Part shown: piece after piece, positions 9,760 through 18,219 of the stretch
How the letters are laid out: every line of letters starts with the position of its first letter
Position numbering within the stretch: the stretch's first letter is position 1
Origin: Candidatus Dormibacteria bacterium
Lineage (GTDB): Bacteria; Chloroflexota; Dormibacteria; DASZGP01
DNA: 45,981 bases
Assembly: GCA_046262515.1 (NCBI GenBank)
Contig: JBHEMP010000070.1
Span: 1 to 45,981, forward strand
Direction of reading: 5' to 3'
The notes under the pieces: model-generated
The model's input: the letters and a program-made list of their open reading frames with translations, nothing else
What the model was told of the DNA's origin: nothing
The model's database searches: none
Program-made: the position numbers and the translations under genes

Positions 9760-11297
9760 AGGTAAGCCCATTCGTCCCCGCGGCCGAGAAGCTCATCTGG
9801 AACCCCTCGGCGGCCGAGTTACAGGCCCTGACGGGGGAGATGCCGAACGCCCGCAGGAGCAGCTACGGGAACTGGAATATCCAGACCGCCGTCGATGCCC
9901 GCAGCAAGGCCTCCACGTACATCGTCAGCGATCACCCCGAGGAGCACCCCTCCCAGACGATCACCCGGGCCGAGGGGGAGCGCCTGGCCCGGATGCAGGA
10001 TGAGTACATCGCTCAGAAGGAGATGCTTGTCGTTGACGGCTACATCGGTAACGACCCGGCTTTCCGGACCCGGGCGCGACTGATCATCGAGCGCGACAAC
10101 GCCAACGTCGCCGGCATGCAGAAGATCCTCTACTACGACGCCGAGGACGCGGGCGAGGACTTTGACCCGGAGGTCACGGTGATCTACACACCCAACCTCG
10201 CCGTCAACGACTACCCCAAGGAGCGGGTAATCGCGGTCGACCTCGAGACCAACATCACGCGCGTCATGAACTCCGACTACTTCGGTGAGTCCAAGAAGGG
10301 CGGCCTGCGGATGTGGAACAAGCTGGTCTACGACAAGGGGGGCTTGCCGCTCCACGCGGGCTGCAAGGTGATTCCGACCGAGGAGGGGGACAAGGTCATG
10401 CTGATCGTGGGCCTCTCGGGAACGGGCAAGACCACCACCACCTTCACCCGGCAGAACAACTCCAAGCCGGTCCAGGACGACTTCGTGGCCATGATGCCGG
10501 ACGGCCGTATCTACGCCACCGAGAATGGCTGTTTCGCCAAGACGTTCGCACTCGACCCCGAGTTCGAGCCCACCATTTTCCACGCTGTGACCCGTCCCGG
10601 GGCCTACCTCGAGAACGTCTACCAGGACGACGAGGGCGTCGTGGACTTCAACAACACCCAGTACACCCAGAACGGTCGCGCCGTCTTCGCCATGGAGGAC
10701 CTGGGCTGGAGCGCTGACGCCCGGGACCTCAAAAAGGCGGACTTTCTGCTCATCCTCAATCGCAATGAAAACATCATCCCGGCAGTCGCCCGGCTCACGC
10801 GCGAACAGGCCGCCGCCTACTTCATGTTGGGCGAGACCCAGGGGACCAGCGCTGGGGGCAAGGAGGAGATGGGCAAGTTCCTACGGGTACCCGGGACGAA
10901 CCCCTTCTTCCCGATCCTCCACGACCACCAGGGCAACCGCTTCCATGAGCTGCTGGAGAAGCACCGCTTCGAAGTCCTCCTGCTGAACACCGGCCGGGTG
11001 GGCGGCGGCGAGGCTGATGACAGGTCCAAGAAGGTTGGCATCGACACCAGTTCGGCGGTGGTGAAGGGCATCGCCGAGGGAACCATCAAGTGGGAAAAGG
11101 ACCCCGACTTCGGGTACGAAGTGGCGACCGCCATCCCAGGCCTGGACGACGAGGACCTGCTGCAGCCGCGCAAGATGTACCGGCGACAGGGTCGCGACGC
11201 TGACTACGCCAAGCTGGTGGAGCGCTTCAAGGCAGAGCGCACGGAGTTCCTCGGCCAGTTCCCCAAGTTGAACAAGGCGATCGTCAAGGCCATCTGA
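9756..11297 (+). CDS. pckA: Phosphoenolpyruvate carboxykinase (ATP)
   Basis: YFGESKKG, LHAG, P-loop GLSGTGKTT, QDD, ENGCFAK and LLNTG. Confidence 0.88.
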   Translation: MKVSPFVPAAEKLIWNPSAAELQALTGEMPNARRSSYGNWNIQTAVDARSKASTYIVSDHPEEHPSQTITRAEGERLARMQDEYIAQKEMLVVDGYIGNDPAFRTRARLIIERDNANVAGMQKILYYDAEDAGEDFDPEVTVIYTPNLAVNDYPKERVIAVDLETNITRVMNSDYFGESKKGGLRMWNKLVYDKGGLPLHAGCKVIPTEEGDKVMLIVGLSGTGKTTTTFTRQNNSKPVQDDFVAMMPDGRIYATENGCFAKTFALDPEFEPTIFHAVTRPGAYLENVYQDDEGVVDFNNTQYTQNGRAVFAMEDLGWSADARDLKKADFLLILNRNENIIPAVARLTREQAAAYFMLGETQGTSAGGKEEMGKFLRVPGTNPFFPILHDHQGNRFHELLEKHRFEVLLLNTGRVGGGEADDRSKKVGIDTSSAVVKGIAEGTIKWEKDPDFGYEVATAIPGLDDEDLLQPRKMYRRQGRDADYAKLVERFKAERTEFLGQFPKLNKAIVKAI

Positions 11298-11459
11298 GCC
11301 GGCGCCGCGGAGCCGCCCTTTGCTTTTCTTTATGGCGGCCCCGGCGGCGCGTTGCTACACTGCCCTTGAATTGGCGCCCAGCGCGCCCCGGCAGCGGCGA
11401 AGAGGGTCCCAGAACTGAATTCAGCACGCGTCAGAACACACGTCCTCCTGGCCGCACTG

Positions 11460-12662
11460 GTGGCGATCACCATGACCGCCTCATGGCAGCCTCGCAACGG
11501 CCCGTTGTACCCGACGGCTGCCGCCGCGGCCAGCGCCCTCCGTCCAGGCCACCATGTGCGCGTCCCGGCGCCCGTGCCGCACCCGCCACCGCTGCCCGCG
11601 CCGGTCCTGGCCTTCATCCAGCCACGCGCGCAACTGCCCGCCCAGGCTGACGTGGCCAGCGTGAGCATCCCCGGCCACGGGGGCAGCTACCTGGTCCCCT
11701 ACATCCAGACCCAGCCCGACCTTCACTTCCGCCTTGAGGCGCAGAACCTGCCACCCGGCGCCACGGTGCGAGTGACGCTGGATGCCGAGGGATCAAACCC
11801 ACGCATGATGGACGTCGGCGCGCCGGCGTATGAGGGCGCCTTCGACAATGTCAGCAAGGGCGACCACAGCCTCACGGCGGTGGCCCGCAACGATCCCTTC
11901 GTTCACTTCGCGGATGAGCTGACGGCGGACGACCGTGCCGCCAGCGTCCGCCTCACCCACGTGGCGCGAGGCGACATCGTGGCGGCCCTTGGAGACTCCA
12001 CCACGGAGGGCAACGGCGGGCCCGTCTTCAAGTTCATCCCCAACTGGGTGTCCGCCCTCACCAGCGCCGCCGACTGGACCTCGCCGGACGGCCGTAACTT
12101 CCCCCAGGCGGGCGGCGTCTCGCACCCCTGGGCGCCCGCGTCCTTCACCTCCACCCTGGGCACCATGCTTGCCCAGCAGCGAGGCTACCCGGTGCTGGTT
12201 CTCAACGACGGCTGGTCGGGGGCGACGGCGGACGCGTACAGCCACATCATCTCCAGCAACACCCTGGCCGACGAATACGCGGCCGTGCGACCCAACTCCT
12301 GGGTGGTCAACCTGGGAGTCAATGACCCCCTCACCCACCAGACCCCGGACCAGTTCGACGCCAGCCTCCACGCCATCGTGCGCGACCTCAATGATCGCTT
12401 CGGCGCGCGCAACGCCGACATCCACGTCGCCTGCCCGACGTACTCCCGCGACGCGCGCCACGACGGAGAGGCAACCTACCTACCGGTTATCGATCGGTTC
12501 CGCGCGACCGCGGGGCTGGGCGCCGCGCCCAACTTCTTCGCCTATTACCATGACGTGCCGGCGGCCCTGTCGGATGAGGTCCACCCCAACGCGGGCGGCT
12601 ACCGTGACATGGCGAGCATGTGGGCCCGCGCCCTGGCGGGGCAGGGCACCAACTGCACCTGA
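11460..12662 (+). CDS. Secreted SGNH/GDSL hydrolase
   Basis: ALGDSTT, NDGWSG, NLGVND and DEVHPN blocks. The start may be the in-frame CTG at 11415. Confidence 0.85.
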   Translation: MAITMTASWQPRNGPLYPTAAAAASALRPGHHVRVPAPVPHPPPLPAPVLAFIQPRAQLPAQADVASVSIPGHGGSYLVPYIQTQPDLHFRLEAQNLPPGATVRVTLDAEGSNPRMMDVGAPAYEGAFDNVSKGDHSLTAVARNDPFVHFADELTADDRAASVRLTHVARGDIVAALGDSTTEGNGGPVFKFIPNWVSALTSAADWTSPDGRNFPQAGGVSHPWAPASFTSTLGTMLAQQRGYPVLVLNDGWSGATADAYSHIISSNTLADEYAAVRPNSWVVNLGVNDPLTHQTPDQFDASLHAIVRDLNDRFGARNADIHVACPTYSRDARHDGEATYLPVIDRFRATAGLGAAPNFFAYYHDVPAALSDEVHPNAGGYRDMASMWARALAGQGTNCT

Positions 12663-12674
12663 TGCCTGGCGAGG

Positions 12675-13148
12675 CTACATCCCCGGCGGTGCCTGCCCCA
12701 GGGTGAACTTATCCGGTCCGGCGCCGCAGCTCGGGCATTTGTCCGGTGCTTCGAAGCCCCGGTCGGTGAACCCGCACTCACCACACTGCCACTGCCGGGT
12801 GGCGAAGAACTGGACGATGTCGGAGCGGCTGACTATGCCCACGAGCTTGGTGCCGTCCATGACCGGGACCCGCCGGATCCGGTGCTTGACGAAGAGCCGG
12901 GCGGCTTCACCCACGGGAGCGTCGCCGGCGATGGTGATCGGCTCGCGGCTCATGATGTCGGCCACCGTGCGGCCCTTGCGGTCGATCACGTCGAACTCGG
13001 ACACGATCCCCGTGATCTTGCCCTTGTTGTCCAGAACGGGCAGCCCGGTGATGCGATGTCGGGTCAGGATCGAGGTCAATTGCTCGACCGTAGCCGACTC
13101 CGAAATCTTGAGGACGTCCCTCGACATGATGTCTCTGACCAGAACCAC
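12675..13148 (-). CDS. CBS-pair protein with C-terminal rubredoxin-like metal ribbon
   Basis: Two CBS repeats (VRDIMS..GIVSEFD; VADIMS..GIVSRSD) plus WQCGECG...CPSCG. GTG 13148 lies 7 nt after GATAAT. Confidence 0.85.
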   Translation of the reverse strand: MVLVRDIMSRDVLKISESATVEQLTSILTRHRITGLPVLDNKGKITGIVSEFDVIDRKGRTVADIMSREPITIAGDAPVGEAARLFVKHRIRRVPVMDGTKLVGIVSRSDIVQFFATRQWQCGECGFTDRGFEAPDKCPSCGAGPDKFTLGQAPPGM

Positions 13149-13214
13149 GACAGGAATTATCATCCGTTGGCATCTTTGCCGGCCACAGCCGGCCCAAACC
13201 CGCCACTAAGGGAA

Positions 13215-13274
13215 GGCTTAGCCGGGACGCGGCGGCTCGGGCGCGGCAGCTTCGGATGATGGAGGTTCGATTTG
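13215..13274 (+). repeat. Partial copy of the 18219-18430 element
   Basis: Ungapped alignment to 18214-18273; the last 36 nt are 32/36 identical and the first 13 nt are 12/13 identical. Confidence 0.75.
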
Positions 13275-14135
13275 GAGATCAAGAGCGTCTGCGTGGTGGG
13301 CGCGGGTACGGTGGGCTCGCAGCTGGCGTTCCAGGCTGCCCTGGGCGGCTTGTCCATCCGGCTCACGTCCCGCCGGCAGGAGACGCTGGACAAGGGCATC
13401 GCCAACGCCACCCGGCTGCTGCGCCGGCGCGTGGAGAAGGGCACCCTGACCGAGTTCGAGTGCGAGGACGCCATCGCCCGCGTCAGCCACACCACCAAGC
13501 TGGAGGAAGCCCTACCCGGCGCGGACCTGATGGTCGAAGCCGTCGCCGAGCGACTGGACGTCAAGGAGGAGGTCTTCCGACGTGCGGGCGAGCTGGCTGA
13601 CGAGCCCACGATCCTGGCCACCACCAGCTCCACCATCGGGATCCACAAGCTGGCACCCCTGACGGGCAGGCCCGACCGGTGCATCAACGCCCATTTCTTC
13701 AACCCCGTCCTGCTGATGGACCTGGTCGAGGTCGTGAGGGGCCCCGGGACTTCAGACGCCACGGTGGAAGCCGTCATGGCCTTCGCCCGCCGGGTGGGCC
13801 GGCACCCCGTCCTGGTGCGCCGCGAGAGTTACGGCTTCATCGTGAACAGGGTCATCTTCACCGCGATCAGGGAGGCCCTGCGCCTGGTCGACGAGGGGGC
13901 TGCCACCCCAGAGGACGTGGATGAAGCATGCGTGCGGGGCCTGAACTGGCCGATGGGCCCCATCAAGCTTGCCGACTTCATCGGCCTGGACGTCATCCGG
14001 GATGCCTGGCTCCTGGGCAAGGAGGAGATGGCGGACGCGTCCTGGGAGCCGACTGACGAGCTGACTCGTCGGGTCGAGGCGGGCGAACTCGGGATGAAGT
14101 CCGGGCAGGGCTTCCTGGCCCACGACAAGGGCTGA
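13272..14135 (+). CDS. 3-hydroxyacyl-CoA (3-hydroxybutyryl-CoA) dehydrogenase
   Basis: VVGAGTVG, EAVAE, HFFNP, GFIVNR, PMGP..LAD.IGLD and LGMKSGQGF. Confidence 0.9.
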   Translation: MEIKSVCVVGAGTVGSQLAFQAALGGLSIRLTSRRQETLDKGIANATRLLRRRVEKGTLTEFECEDAIARVSHTTKLEEALPGADLMVEAVAERLDVKEEVFRRAGELADEPTILATTSSTIGIHKLAPLTGRPDRCINAHFFNPVLLMDLVEVVRGPGTSDATVEAVMAFARRVGRHPVLVRRESYGFIVNRVIFTAIREALRLVDEGAATPEDVDEACVRGLNWPMGPIKLADFIGLDVIRDAWLLGKEEMADASWEPTDELTRRVEAGELGMKSGQGFLAHDKG

Positions 14136-14142
14136 GGCAGGC

Positions 14143-14796
14143 GTGCCCGCCTCTGTCGCGATCCTGGGCGGGACCGGGAAGGAAGGCCGCGGCCTGGCGA
14201 TGCGCTGGTCCCGCGCCGGGCGCACCATCGTCCTGGGCTCCCGCGACGCGGAGCGGGCAGCGGTCGCGGCGGAAGAGGTCGCGGCCGCGTCGGGCGGCCC
14301 GGTGCGCGGCATGGCCAACGGGGACGCCTGCGAGGCAGCCGACCTCGTTGTCGTCGCGACGACCTTCGACGGCCTGGAGGACACCATGCGCGCGTGCGCG
14401 GCAAAACTGGAAGGCAAGCTGCTCGTCAGCGCCGTCATCCCGCTCAAGGTCGAGGAGGGCAGGTTCGGGGTCATCCCCGTTCCCCAGGGTTCCGCGGCTC
14501 AGCTGGCCGCGACCCTGGCCCCCGGCGCTCGGGTCGCGGCGGCTTTCCACAACGTCAGCCATAAGCTCCTGGCGGACCTGGACCACGCGATCGACGAGGA
14601 CATCCCCTTCGCGGCCTCGGACGAAGACGCCGCCACAGTAGGCCGGCTGTGCGCTGACATCGGGGCTCGCGGGGTCCATGTCGGCGGCCTCCACCTGGCC
14701 CCATTCCTAGAGGGCTACACGGCCGTCCTGCTGAGCGTCAACCGCCGATACAGGACGCAGGCGGGGATCAGGCTGACAGGGCTTCCGAACCTCTAG
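14143..14796 (+). CDS. npdG: NADPH-dependent F420 reductase
   Basis: ILGGTGKEGRGLA.RW, GSRDAERA, GSAAQ, AAFHNVS and GIRLTGL. Confidence 0.85.
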   Translation: MPASVAILGGTGKEGRGLAMRWSRAGRTIVLGSRDAERAAVAAEEVAAASGGPVRGMANGDACEAADLVVVATTFDGLEDTMRACAAKLEGKLLVSAVIPLKVEEGRFGVIPVPQGSAAQLAATLAPGARVAAAFHNVSHKLLADLDHAIDEDIPFAASDEDAATVGRLCADIGARGVHVGGLHLAPFLEGYTAVLLSVNRRYRTQAGIRLTGLPNL

Positions 14797-14820
14797 CCTG
14801 TACAGCTTCCGAATTGGTGC

Positions 14821-15014
14821 GACAGGGAACCCACCAGGCGAGGGTCCTGTCATTCCCGGCACAACCCGCGTCGCCGGACGGGGCGGAGTTATCGCGGAAA
14901 GCCCCTGGCGGGGCTTCCTCGCCGCCCCTCGAAACTGCGCGCGCCCGTTCTCCAGGTAGCCTCAGTCAATCCGTCCTGCGTGCTCGTCACGCCGCGACAC
15001 GGGTTGCGCCGGGA
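14821..15014 (-). ncRNA. Putative structured RNA A (family unassigned)
   Basis: 21-bp closing stem (14854-14874 with 14994-15014) is fully paired on the minus strand (2 G-U). Internal helices are present, plus a flanking hairpin at 14821-14851. Confidence 0.5.
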
Positions 15015-15098
15015 GCGCCACCCCCGCCTATGCGATCCCTGCATGCACCACGGAACGGCTGATTTGTTGTCAGAGAGACGGAGGTAGGGCGCGAACCA

Positions 15099-15266
15099 CT
15101 GGCGGTTCGGGGGCACGTCTTCCCGGGTGAATCTGGAGCGACCGGCAGGACGATGCCAGCAGCATCCAGCGACTGCGGGAGGACGTGGAAGAGGCGCCGC
15201 GTCGCGGCAGCTACAACATCGGGGCGGCGCCGCTGAACCCGGGGAGGCGTGCCCCCGGACCGTCAG
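15099..15266 (+). ncRNA. Putative structured RNA B (family unassigned)
   Basis: Uninterrupted 30-bp stem (15099-15128 with 15237-15266) with 4 G-U pairs on the plus strand, enclosing two hairpins. Confidence 0.6.
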
Positions 15267-15290
15267 GATCCGAGCCGCCTTACTGTCGCC

Positions 15291-16196
15291 TCATCTTGGA
15301 GGCCGGTCTCTCTGTAGGCGGGACCCGCCTTGGCCGGGATCTTTGCGCCGCCGGGCGGCCAGCCATTCGACGACCCCGAAGCAGGCGGCTGCCAGGACCA
15401 GACCGCCGAGGGCATCGACCAGGTAATGCTCGCCCAGGTAGACGATGCTGAAGATCACGGCCAGGACCCATGCGCCGAGCGGCACGACGGCCCGGGCTCC
15501 GAAAAGCCGTACTCCGTAGAGCATGCCCAAAAAGGGAAAGGCGGTATGCAGTGAAGGGAAGGCGGCCACCTTGTTGGGGGTCATGCTCTTGTAGATCACG
15601 TCGGTGCTGCTCGGGAGGGTGTGGCTGATGATCTTCTCCACGTGTGGGATCAGGCCCTGTTCCGAGGCCAGCCACGGCGGCGCCACAGGGACCAGTAGGA
15701 AGAAGACAAAGGCGGCGAAGCTCATCGCGAGGAGGGTCAAGGCAAAGCGACGAAAGAGCCCGCGGTCCCGGATCCAGAACGCATAGCCCAGCGTCAGTGG
15801 GTACGCGAAGTGGAGGAAGTAGAAGAGTGTGCAGACCACGTCGAGCGCGGACGGTCCCCCGCCACGGTAGAACCAGGCCTGGAGCGCCAGCGTGGGCAGC
15901 GTGCCCAGGCCGACAACATGGTCTGCGGCAATAACCTCCGTGTAGTGGGGGGCGATACCCGTCCTGCCGGCGAAACCCCGCAGGAACTCGTAGCCCAAGA
16001 AGAGCAGGATGAACGGCGCCCAGTCGACGATGAAGGCCTTCCAGCGCCCGAGGACCACCGCGCCGAGCAGGAGTATGAAGACAAAGTAATCGGGCGAGAC
16101 GGAGATGCCACGCCAGACCAGGAACGCGGTGGTGGCCACTACGTAGGCAATGACCGCGGGCACCATGTAGCGGCGCATGCCGCCCCGGCTCTCCAT
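15291..16196 (-). CDS. PAP2-superfamily membrane phosphotransferase (Aur1/IPC-synthase-like)
   Basis: YFLH, PVAPPW, AAFPSLH and HYLVD motifs with multiple TM helices; start uncertain (16178-16262). Confidence 0.85.
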   Translation of the reverse strand: MESRGGMRRYMVPAVIAYVVATTAFLVWRGISVSPDYFVFILLLGAVVLGRWKAFIVDWAPFILLFLGYEFLRGFAGRTGIAPHYTEVIAADHVVGLGTLPTLALQAWFYRGGGPSALDVVCTLFYFLHFAYPLTLGYAFWIRDRGLFRRFALTLLAMSFAAFVFFLLVPVAPPWLASEQGLIPHVEKIISHTLPSSTDVIYKSMTPNKVAAFPSLHTAFPFLGMLYGVRLFGARAVVPLGAWVLAVIFSIVYLGEHYLVDALGGLVLAAACFGVVEWLAARRRKDPGQGGSRLQRDRPPR

Positions 16197-16272
16197 GGCC
16201 GAAAACACTACCGGCAAACCGCGGATCGGTGGACCCCAACTTAGCTCGGCCGCCCCGCTCATATATCGTTAG

Positions 16273-17490
16273 GTGACAATGGCGCCATCAAGTTCTTCGG
16301 TCGCCGCGGAGCAGCTGGAGGCCCTCCTTCAGCACCATATGCGGGCGCCCATTCAACCTTCCGCGGACCTGTCAGACCCTCGGGCCTCGGCAGAAGCGGC
16401 GGGCCTGCGCTACGTCAGCGACACAGAACTAGGGATATCGCGGCGCGTACGCGGCAAGTCCATGCGCTACCAGTGGCCGGACGGTACCTCGGTAACCGAC
16501 CGACCCACGCTGACGCGGATCAAACGGCTGGCCATACCCCCGGCATACCATGACGTCTGGATCTGCCGCCACCCCACGGGGCACCTGCAGGCGGTGGGTC
16601 GGGATGAGCGCGGCCGAAAGCAATACCGCTACCACGAGGAGTGGCGCACGGTTCGCGACGCCGTGAAATTCCACCGCATGCTGGCCTTCGGCGAGGCCCT
16701 GCCGAGGATCCGCGAGCAGGTCTCCGCCGACCTCCGCAAGCGGGGTCTACCGCGCGAGAAGGTGCTCGCCGCGGTGGTCGCGATGCTGGAACAGACCCTG
16801 GTCCGGGTCGGCAACGAGGAGTACCGCGAGCAGAACCAGAGCTACGGACTGACGACACTCCTGAACCGACATGCCCAGCTCAAGGGCAAGAAGGCGCGGT
16901 TTCGCTTCAAGGGCAAGAGCGGCAAGCAGCACGACGTGGAAGTTGACGACCCCCGCCTGGTGCGGGTGGTGCGCCAGTGCCTGGACATCCCCGGCCAGGA
17001 GCTCTTCCAGTGGGTCGACGAGGACGAACAGCCGCACGTGGTGGACTCCGACGACGTCAACAAATACCTGAGGGAGGTCAGCGGGGAGGAGTTCACGGCC
17101 AAGGACTTCCGCACCTGGGCTGCCACCGTGCTCGCCGCCCGCCTCCTTCGCGCCGCGGGGTCGGTGGAGTCCGACCGCAAGGCCAGGACAGAGGTGGCCC
17201 GGGTCATCAAGGACGTCGCGGCTCAGCTCCGCAACACCCCCGCGGTTTGCCGCAAGTCCTACATCCACCCGCGCGTCATCGACTCCTACGTGGGTGGCTA
17301 TATCCGGCCCCTGGTGCCCGTCACGGACGCCCTCCCCGAGCCGGAGCGGAGCCTCGAGGAGGAGGCGCTGCTGGACCTGTTGCGCGAGGGAACCGCCGTG
17401 GTCGAGGGCGCGGCGACGGCATCCCGGCCTCGGCGCCAGCGTCGGCGCTCGGAGACGGGCTGGAGCCCGAGGGTCCTTAAAGGCCGCTGA
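16273..17490 (+). CDS. DNA topoisomerase IB
   Basis: GRDERGRKQYRYH, RVGNEEY, FKGKSG, KDFRTW and NTPAVCRKSYIHP (catalytic R-K-R-N-Y). Confidence 0.93.
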   Translation: MTMAPSSSSVAAEQLEALLQHHMRAPIQPSADLSDPRASAEAAGLRYVSDTELGISRRVRGKSMRYQWPDGTSVTDRPTLTRIKRLAIPPAYHDVWICRHPTGHLQAVGRDERGRKQYRYHEEWRTVRDAVKFHRMLAFGEALPRIREQVSADLRKRGLPREKVLAAVVAMLEQTLVRVGNEEYREQNQSYGLTTLLNRHAQLKGKKARFRFKGKSGKQHDVEVDDPRLVRVVRQCLDIPGQELFQWVDEDEQPHVVDSDDVNKYLREVSGEEFTAKDFRTWAATVLAARLLRAAGSVESDRKARTEVARVIKDVAAQLRNTPAVCRKSYIHPRVIDSYVGGYIRPLVPVTDALPEPERSLEEEALLDLLREGTAVVEGAATASRPRRQRRRSETGWSPRVLKGR

Positions 17491-17541
17491 GACCTCTCCC
17501 GCGACGTACCGCGGCGGCACGCGCGTCCCTACAATGCCGGC

Positions 17542-18219
17542 ATGGCGAAGAGCGAGGGCAGGGTCCTGGTGGTGGACGACGAACAGGGCATCGTCGATTT
17601 CCTCAAACTCGGCCTGCAGTACGAGGGATACGAGGTTCGCACCGCGGGCGACGGTCCGCAGGCCCTGATCGCCATCAGCGAATTCAAGCCCGACCTTGTT
17701 GTCCTCGACATCAACATGCCGCGGATGGATGGCTACAAGGTCTGCCGGACGATCCAGGGCGCGGACACGGGCATCCTCATCCTCAGCGCGCGCGACGGCC
17801 TTGAGGACCGTCTCAAGGGCCTGGACGTAGGCGCGGACGACTACCTGGTCAAGCCGTTCCACTTTGAGGAACTGCTGGCCCGGGCGCGGGCTGTCCTGCG
17901 CCGGCGCCGCCCCACCAACGGCGAGGTGCTACGGGTCGGCCCGATCACCCTCAACGACGGCACCCGCGAGGTCACCGTGGGCAGCCAGGCCGTGGAACTG
18001 ACTGCCCGGGAGTTCGACCTGCTGAGGTTGCTGATGCAGCATCCCAACCAGGTCCTCGCCCGGGACCGCATCCTGGACCAGGTGTGGGGCTACAACTTCT
18101 ATGGCGATGAGAACAACGTGGAGGTCTACGTGCGGTACCTGCGTCAGAAGCTTGGCGACGAGGACCGGCGGCTGATCCAGACCGTGCGCGGCGTGGGCTA
18201 CCGTATCTTCGCCGGCTGA
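17542..18219 (+). CDS. OmpR/PhoB-family response regulator
   Basis: VVDD, LDINMP, GADDYLVKPF, LTAREF and IQTVRGVGY; TACAAT 6 nt before ATG. Confidence 0.95.
   Translation: MAKSEGRVLVVDDEQGIVDFLKLGLQYEGYEVRTAGDGPQALIAISEFKPDLVVLDINMPRMDGYKVCRTIQGADTGILILSARDGLEDRLKGLDVGADDYLVKPFHFEELLARARAVLRRRRPTNGEVLRVGPITLNDGTREVTVGSQAVELTAREFDLLRLLMQHPNQVLARDRILDQVWGYNFYGDENNVEVYVRYLRQKLGDEDRRLIQTVRGVGYRIFAG

Noticed and set aside
11311-11339. Possible terminator after pckA
   Set aside because: The T-rich tract lies inside the loop of a short GCCGCC/GGCGGC stem, so the geometry is not convincing.
14957-14967. TAGCCTCAGTC, resembling a short IscB omega-RNA/HEARO segment as I recall it
   Set aside because: Only 11 nt, other hallmarks are absent, and no IscB/TnpB gene is nearby.
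14814-15270. Assignment to tmRNA, RNase P, SRP, cobalamin or c-di-AMP riboswitch, retron msr-msd, or the small ORFs listed here
   Set aside because: No T-arm/CCA end, GAGGAAAGTCC or GGAAGGAAGCAGC. Riboswitch fragments are out of order with no downstream gene, there is no reverse transcriptase, and the ORFs lack recognisable features.
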